A DNA stretch of 64,000 nt from Eledone cirrhosa (taxonomy: Eukaryota). The notes below the pieces were generated by a model, which saw only the letters and a program-made list of their open reading frames with translations, made no database searches and was not told where the DNA came from. The stretch's first letter is position 1, and each line of letters starts with the position of its first letter. Positions 58,018 to 64,000 of this stretch are shown piece after piece. Location of the stretch: contig OZ024743.1 in assembly GCA_964016885.1 (NCBI GenBank), positions 160,270,001 to 160,334,000 of the forward strand, written 5' to 3'. The position numbers and the translations under genes are program-made.

Positions 58018-58210
58018 AGGGCGGTGGATTGGCAGTATCAGTAGAGGGTCGGACGCCGTGCTTTGACACAGAGAGTTACGGCCCTTGCCATTCTAGGTTC
58101 AAATCCCGCCGAGGTTAACTTTGCCTTTCATCCTTACGGGGTCGATAAAATAAAGTACCAGTAATGTACTGAGATAATTGCTGGCCTTGTGTCAATAATA
58201 AACACAATTA
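58018..58210 (+). mobile_element. SINE, full length
   Basis: Same family with a complete 5' head ggcggtggattggcagtatc. Confidence 0.88.
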
Positions 58211-58916
58211 AATTAAAGTACTAATCAAGTTCATTTAATCAATGCTCTCTTTCCCTCAAATCTGCTTGCCTCTTGACTAAGGTGGAAATCAATATTTACA
58301 TTTACGCTATGTTCTGATCTCCAATGATCATAAGATCTTATTTGTGGATGTATTAACGCTGTTATCCATGTAAATATTATAGATTTATTTTAACATTAAT
58401 CTTGTCTGAAAGCAAATTTAGATACTCAGCAAAGCTAAGTAGCCTAATCATCAAATAAGCTGAGTTTCTTATTGGATTTCAATTGAATAAGTTTAATTTA
58501 TAACTTAATTAAGTAAGGTATTAACAAAACTATCATATATTCACGCTCCCCAAATATAAATAATTTGTATCGGCTAGTTCTTTTCGATTTCTTATTAAAT
58601 CTATTTAATCCAATTTTATGAAAGCACCAAACAGTACAACCCCTAAATATATTTGTATCTCCTCGTATTTTCGCCTGCGTAGCTTCTATATGAAATGAAA
58701 TCAGGCACAACCGACCTGAGGGGATCCCAACAAAAACATTTTCCTACAAATATGAAATGCCATAACAGACACCAATAAACACACACATACACACACGTAT
58801 GAATTATATATGTGTACGTAGGTATGTATACGTATATATGGATATACATACGAACATAAGAAAACACTTCCGCATGTATACAAGTAGATATGGATTCATG
58901 CATCGTTAAAATGGTC

Positions 58917-58978
<62 letters not shown>

Positions 58979-58992
58979 GATGATGATGATGA
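58917..58992. repeat. (ATG)n trinucleotide microsatellite
   Basis: Direct reading. Confidence 0.97.
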
Positions 58993-59301
58993 GGGTGAAG
59001 ATGAGGAGGATAATGATGATAATGGAAAGTTTGAATATGATGGTGACGCATGTATTAAAGTAGATATGAATGTATGTACACACCCATTGCTCAAGAAAAC
59101 AGCATATTTATTCAAAACATTATAGATACATGATACGGTGAGAAAGTAAATCAGGTACTTTCTGAATTATTCTCAGCCAGGGATTGATTAGTTCAGTTAT
59201 TTTGTCATTGAAAATGTATATAGTTATACATTCAGATTTCATCAAGAAGTGAAAGTTGCAGCTGACAAAATAGAACTCATATCTATCATTATGTATGTAT
59301 G

Positions 59302-60120
59302 TTCTTCTGGTTTTATAGTTTCACAAAGTTTTACCAATAGAGAGAGAGTCGGTTTCTAACATAGACGCAAGACTCTCTCATTGGAATTTACACAACATCA
59401 ACTAGGTAGATATGTATGTATGCATGTGTAGATATGGATGTTATTGTATGTGTGGATGTGGATGTTTTGAGTTGTATGTGTGCATGTGTATATGCTTTGT
59501 ATCTGTACATGTGTATATGCAGTTATTAGATGCAAAATTTTTGGAATGTTTTACATACTTTTACTGTTCCATTAATGGATTGTACTTGTAATTTCCTAAC
59601 TAGTTGTGTTCTTTCTGTTCCTGTGAAGCCCAGCTTCTCAAGATTTGTATTGAGGCAGTTGCTAACATATCCCAGTGCCCCAATAATCACAGGCATAAAT
59701 CTGAAGGTGTAATCAGGGTGGTGTATCTGCAGATTTCTCATCAGTTCTGCATAAATATTCTCCTTTTCACTAATCTTTGATATTATATTGGCATCTGCTG
59801 GGCAGCTAATTTCCACTACTGTGCATGCTTTCTTCTCGCTGTCTCATATCATAATATCTGGTCTGTTATGTCTGCATTTTATTGGGGTTTTTACTAGAAC
59901 ATTCCACCAGTACTCTTTCATATTATGTACAGGGATGTCTTCCACATTGTTGTAGCTTTTAATGTGTTTATTATCGGTGCTATCTTTTTTACGAACTGCA
60001 TTGTACAGTGTTTTGGCCACTACATCATGCCTCATAGGTAGATAGTACCGCGATGACATCTTTGGGCAGCTACTGATGACATGGGTGATATCCTCGATGT
60101 TAGTTCTGCAGAGTCTGTAG
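59302..60120 (-). mobile_element. R4/Dong-like RLE LINE 3' fragment
   Basis: RLCRTNIEDITHVISSC, RHD, HNRPDI, EISCP, KENIY; both ends abut (TATG)n. Confidence 0.88.
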
Positions 60121-60160
60121 TATGTATGTATGTATGTATGTATGTATGTATGTATGTATG

Positions 60161-60768
60161 TCAGGTCACCAGTTGGTGCTACTAGTAACGTGTATCCCAG
60201 TACAACCTGTCCCATGGTCGGGTCGTTGGCGACTAAACTGGCAACCCCACCAAGGTTTCTTGGTGAGGAGGGTGACTTTGGACATCCTGCAGGACTAAAA
60301 ACAAAACCTGTCAAAAGGACAAAGAAGCTCTTAAGAGTCAATGGCCATCCAAAATCACCGGGAGAGATGACCCCTTAGCCTTTGTCAAGGCAGAATTCTA
60401 GGAGAAGGAAAACTCTGATATAACACCTGCAACCCTGATGGTATCCAATGATGTTGACTTGTTCTTCTTTTTGGTAAATATCATCTTGGTTAAGAGAGTG
60501 GGACTGGCTTTGTGCAGTGCCTTTGCTCACTATAAAAGCTTCACGGCACAGGCATTGCTTTATATCTGGAGATCTCTATGCACTTGTCGTCACATGGTAC
60601 CATGAGCCCAGCACTATGTGTCAGTAATTGTCACAAGTGTAGTGTTTGTACCAGAGTTTTCAAGTCGCTGGCTGGACTAAAAAGTCACACTCGTTCAGCG
60701 CATCGGTAGGGGTTCTCCTACATGGATATAAAGTAGTGGCCGTACTCGAAAACGAGTTGGCAGCCACC
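60161..60768 (+). mobile_element. Unclassified repeat, possibly a LINE (RTE-like) 5' UTR
   Basis: ggcgactaaactggcaacccc and ctaggagaaggaaaactctga motifs; bounded by (TATG)n. Confidence 0.4.
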
Positions 60769-60786
60769 ATGTATGTATGTATGTAA

Positions 60787-61060
60787 TCTCTTTCTCTTAA
60801 TTCCGAGTATATTTTTTTGACCGGCCACCTTGCTGGTGGCAAGGTTATAAAAGAAAAGAAATTTTCATTCCTTGAATCGCAAGAATGTTTTGCAAATTTT
60901 GAAGGTGCCAGCTATCGCAGCCATTTGTAGACTATGAATTAGGGAGCTGCGCTCTTTGTCCGCAAATCCAAGTTCAGTCGGGTCCAAGCGGGTTGGTATA
61001 TAACCTGCAGCTCCAATAATGATGGGTATGAAGCTAAATGTGTATCTTGGATACTGGATT
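60787..61060 (-). mobile_element. Duplicate 3' end of the adjacent RLE LINE
   Basis: Near-identical to 61266-61546 apart from a short deletion; (TATG)n on both sides. Confidence 0.9.
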
Positions 61061-61265
61061 TGTATGTGCGTATGTATGTTATGTATGTATTAATGCATGT
61101 ATGTGTGTATGTATGTTATGTATGTATGTATGAATGCATGTATGTATGTATGTGCGTATGTATGTTATGTATGTATGTATGTATGTATGTGCGTATGTAT
61201 GTTATGCATGTATGTATGTATGAATGCATGTATGTATGTATGTGTGTATGTATGTTATGTATGTA

Positions 61266-63199
61266 TCTCTTTCTCTTAATTTCGAGTATATTTTTTTGAC
61301 CGGCCACCTTCCTGGTGGCAAGGTTGTAAAAGAAAAGAAATTGTCATCCCTTGAATCGCAAGAATGTTTTGCAAATTTTGAAGGTGCCAGCTATCGCAGC
61401 CATTTGTAGACTATGAATTAGGAAGCTGCGCTTTTTGTCCGCAAATCCAAGTTCAGTCATACTTTGGTCCAAGCGGGTTGGTATATAACCCGTAGCTCCA
61501 ATAATGATGGGTATGAAGCTAAAGGTGTATCTTGGATACTGGATTTGTAAACTCCTCATCAATGGTCCGTAGATATCCTCCTTCTCCTGTATTTTTCTGA
61601 CAACGTTTACATCAAGTGGGCAACTGATCTCCACAACAGAACACGTTTTCAATGTGTGGTCCCAAACAACAATATCAGGCCGGTTGTGCTTTAATTTGGT
61701 GGCAGTTTTTATTTTCAGGTTCCACCAGTATTCCTTAGTGCCATCTGTCTCAATATATTCCTCCTCGTTTGTTGTTAATTTTGTTTTCCTAAGTACGTTC
61801 CAGATGGTTCTAGCTATCCCATCGTGTTTCATGGGGAGGTAGTAGCGAAATGACATTCTTTCGCAGCTGGCAACAATGTGGCTTACATCCTCGATCTTTG
61901 TTTTACATAGCCTACATTTATTGTCAGCTGCTGGCCCTCCTCTTTTGTGCAGCAGATATTTGATAGGGAGTTCTTGTTCCTGTATTGCATAGAGATATCC
62001 CTCAAGGTGTGATGTCATAAACTTGTCGGAACTCCATGCCAGGCTTTTTTAGTGGTTTATCTCCTCTATGGTCTGTGTTTTACGCCTTAAGTATCCATGC
62101 ACAACTTTTTCTGTAAATTGGTCAATTTTTTTATCTTGTTTGAACATTGAATAGGATCTTCCGATTTCTCTGGGTGAGAGATTTATATCAGGCTTTATTC
62201 CATATCTCTCCTCCAGATCAGTCGCTATTCTAATGATATTTGTTTTTCATGCTCATAAACCTGGACAAGATGGTTTCCAACCTTTTTCCTCTGTTGAAGT
62301 GTTGCTTCAGTGTTACTTTCCGGGTCTCATATGTTGTTAATATTAATTTTAGACCCGGGCCACCTTCCTTGCGTGAGAAGTATAGCCTATCCACATCACC
62401 ATTGACGTTAAAGTTCCCAGTAACACTGAGAAGTTTTAGAGTTCTAACATCCATCTCACTTAGTTCTTGCAATGGCGTTAGAATTGGCACAGCATAAGTA
62501 TTGTGGGCAATGTATTTGTTGTATGCTGACAGTTCTGATGACCATATTTTCTTTACTCTTCTGAGGTATTCAGTTCTGGTTCTCTCCTTATTTATGTGTC
62601 CATCATATCTGACATTCTCATCCTGTCCAAGATATCTGTAGTTGTTGTATTGTCAGGCCGTTCATCTCTAGATTTCTAGAGGAGGGCACAGCTCTTCCAC
62701 GTTTTACTGCCAAATATGCACACTTGGACTCACCAAATTTCATTTTGATGATGGTTGAAAATTGTGTAATGAGATCCAATTGTTTCTTGATGTCATTGAT
62801 ATTTGGCCCATACAACTTCAGGTCATCAACAAAGAAAAGATGGGAGATACTTCTGGGCCCACTTCTTTGTCCACCTTGTTTCCTGAGTAGGTAAGATAGT
62901 GGATTCAGTGAGAGAACGAAGAGTAGCACTGACAAGCTATCACCCTGAAAGATGCCCTTCTGGTAATGTATCTTATCAGTCTTAACCTGCTCCTTCTCAC
63001 CTCTAAGGATCAAATTGGTGTACCAGTTCTTGGTCAGGCGTTCAACAGCAGCTACCAATGGTTGTGGGACTTTAGCTAACTGTAAAGCCTTAATAATCCA
63101 CCCATGAGGTACACTATCAAATGCTTTTTGATAGTCCAGCCACACCACAGTCATGTTTCTGCGATTCTTTGTTGTTTTTTCCTGAATCATTTTGTTAGT
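61266..63199 (-). mobile_element. R4/Dong-like RLE LINE (RT + CCHC + PD-D/ExK endonuclease), 5'-truncated
   Basis: WLDYQKAFDSVPH, GIFQGDSLS, HLFFVDDLKL, RLYFSRKEG, AIQEQ, CRLC..HIVASC, KHD, HNRPDI, EISCP; frameshifted. Confidence 0.93.
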
Positions 63200-64000
63200 G
63201 TATGTATGTATGTATGTATGTATGTATGTATGTATGTATGTATGTATGTATGTATGTATGTTTGCGTGTATTCATGTATGTAGGTAGATATGTAGGTAAG
63301 CAGATAGGCAGACATGTAGGCGTGTGTAAATGTATATATGCATGGATGTAACTGAATACGTATTCATTGTATCTGTAGGTCTATTTATTTTACATGTTTT
63401 CGCAGTCTTGTAATTTTGATTTCTCAATTAGTCATGTTTGTCTGGTTTTGTGAAGATTGCCGTTTCATTACTATTGCTGAGAATGTTATATAAACATGTG
63501 GTCAAAATAATTATAGCTATAAATCTAAAGTTATAGTCTGAGTCTATCGGTATTATTGTTTTCTTTTCATTTTATCTCCAACTAAAATTATGTTAACGTC
63601 TCTTGAACAACTGATTTCTATTACTGTGTACACGTCTCATTTCTTAGTCGCAGATCCTTATGTCTATTTTGTTATACTTATATATTATAAAAATGTTGAA
63701 AGGAACATCTTTCTTATAGTATTCTATAGTACGTTTTCATTTATCTTCAGTGCTATTCATTCCATGTAATCCCTGTTGGAAACGACCACATCCCTCATAG
63801 TTAAAGAGTATCGGGACGACATTTTCAAGTAGCTGCTTGTATGGAGGGTTAAATCTGTGACGTTAATTCCAAAGAACCTAAATCTGATATCCCCTGTTTA
63901 ATGTGCATTGCTCTCCCTTTTACACATCGGGTATTATCTCTAATTCGAAAAATCAATATTCTTATATGTTAGTGAGTCCCAAGGTCCCGGTTGTTATCTA

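Overview
AT-rich, microsatellite-laden animal genomic DNA. The SINE, LINE and mariner families look cephalopod (Octopus-like); that is an inference. One host gene can be assembled by hand: a minus-strand aquaglyceroporin (AQP3/7/9/10 type) with five spliced exons between 45328 and 31343. Its motifs are unusual: NPV, then NPAID, so the selectivity-filter Arg is replaced by Ile. Its exon 1 was not found on the minus strand, but an orphan exon-1-like segment lies on the plus strand near 14.95 kb. The rest is mostly decayed mobile DNA: Tc1/mariner, Gypsy, Tx1/L1, RTE, R4/Dong-like LINEs in (TATG)n, Penelope-like elements, Helitron ends, tRNA-derived SINEs, and a 6.5 kb 47-bp satellite with higher-order structure. 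The most striking hidden signal is about a dozen minimal type-I hammerhead ribozyme motifs in short non-coding elements, most of them set in (TA)n tracts. One family has circularly permuted, terminally redundant copies (retrozyme/circRNA-like). Many of these elements carry fold-back inverted arms, and in one family the fold-back is centred on ribozyme stem II. All calls come from manual reading; no database searches were run.
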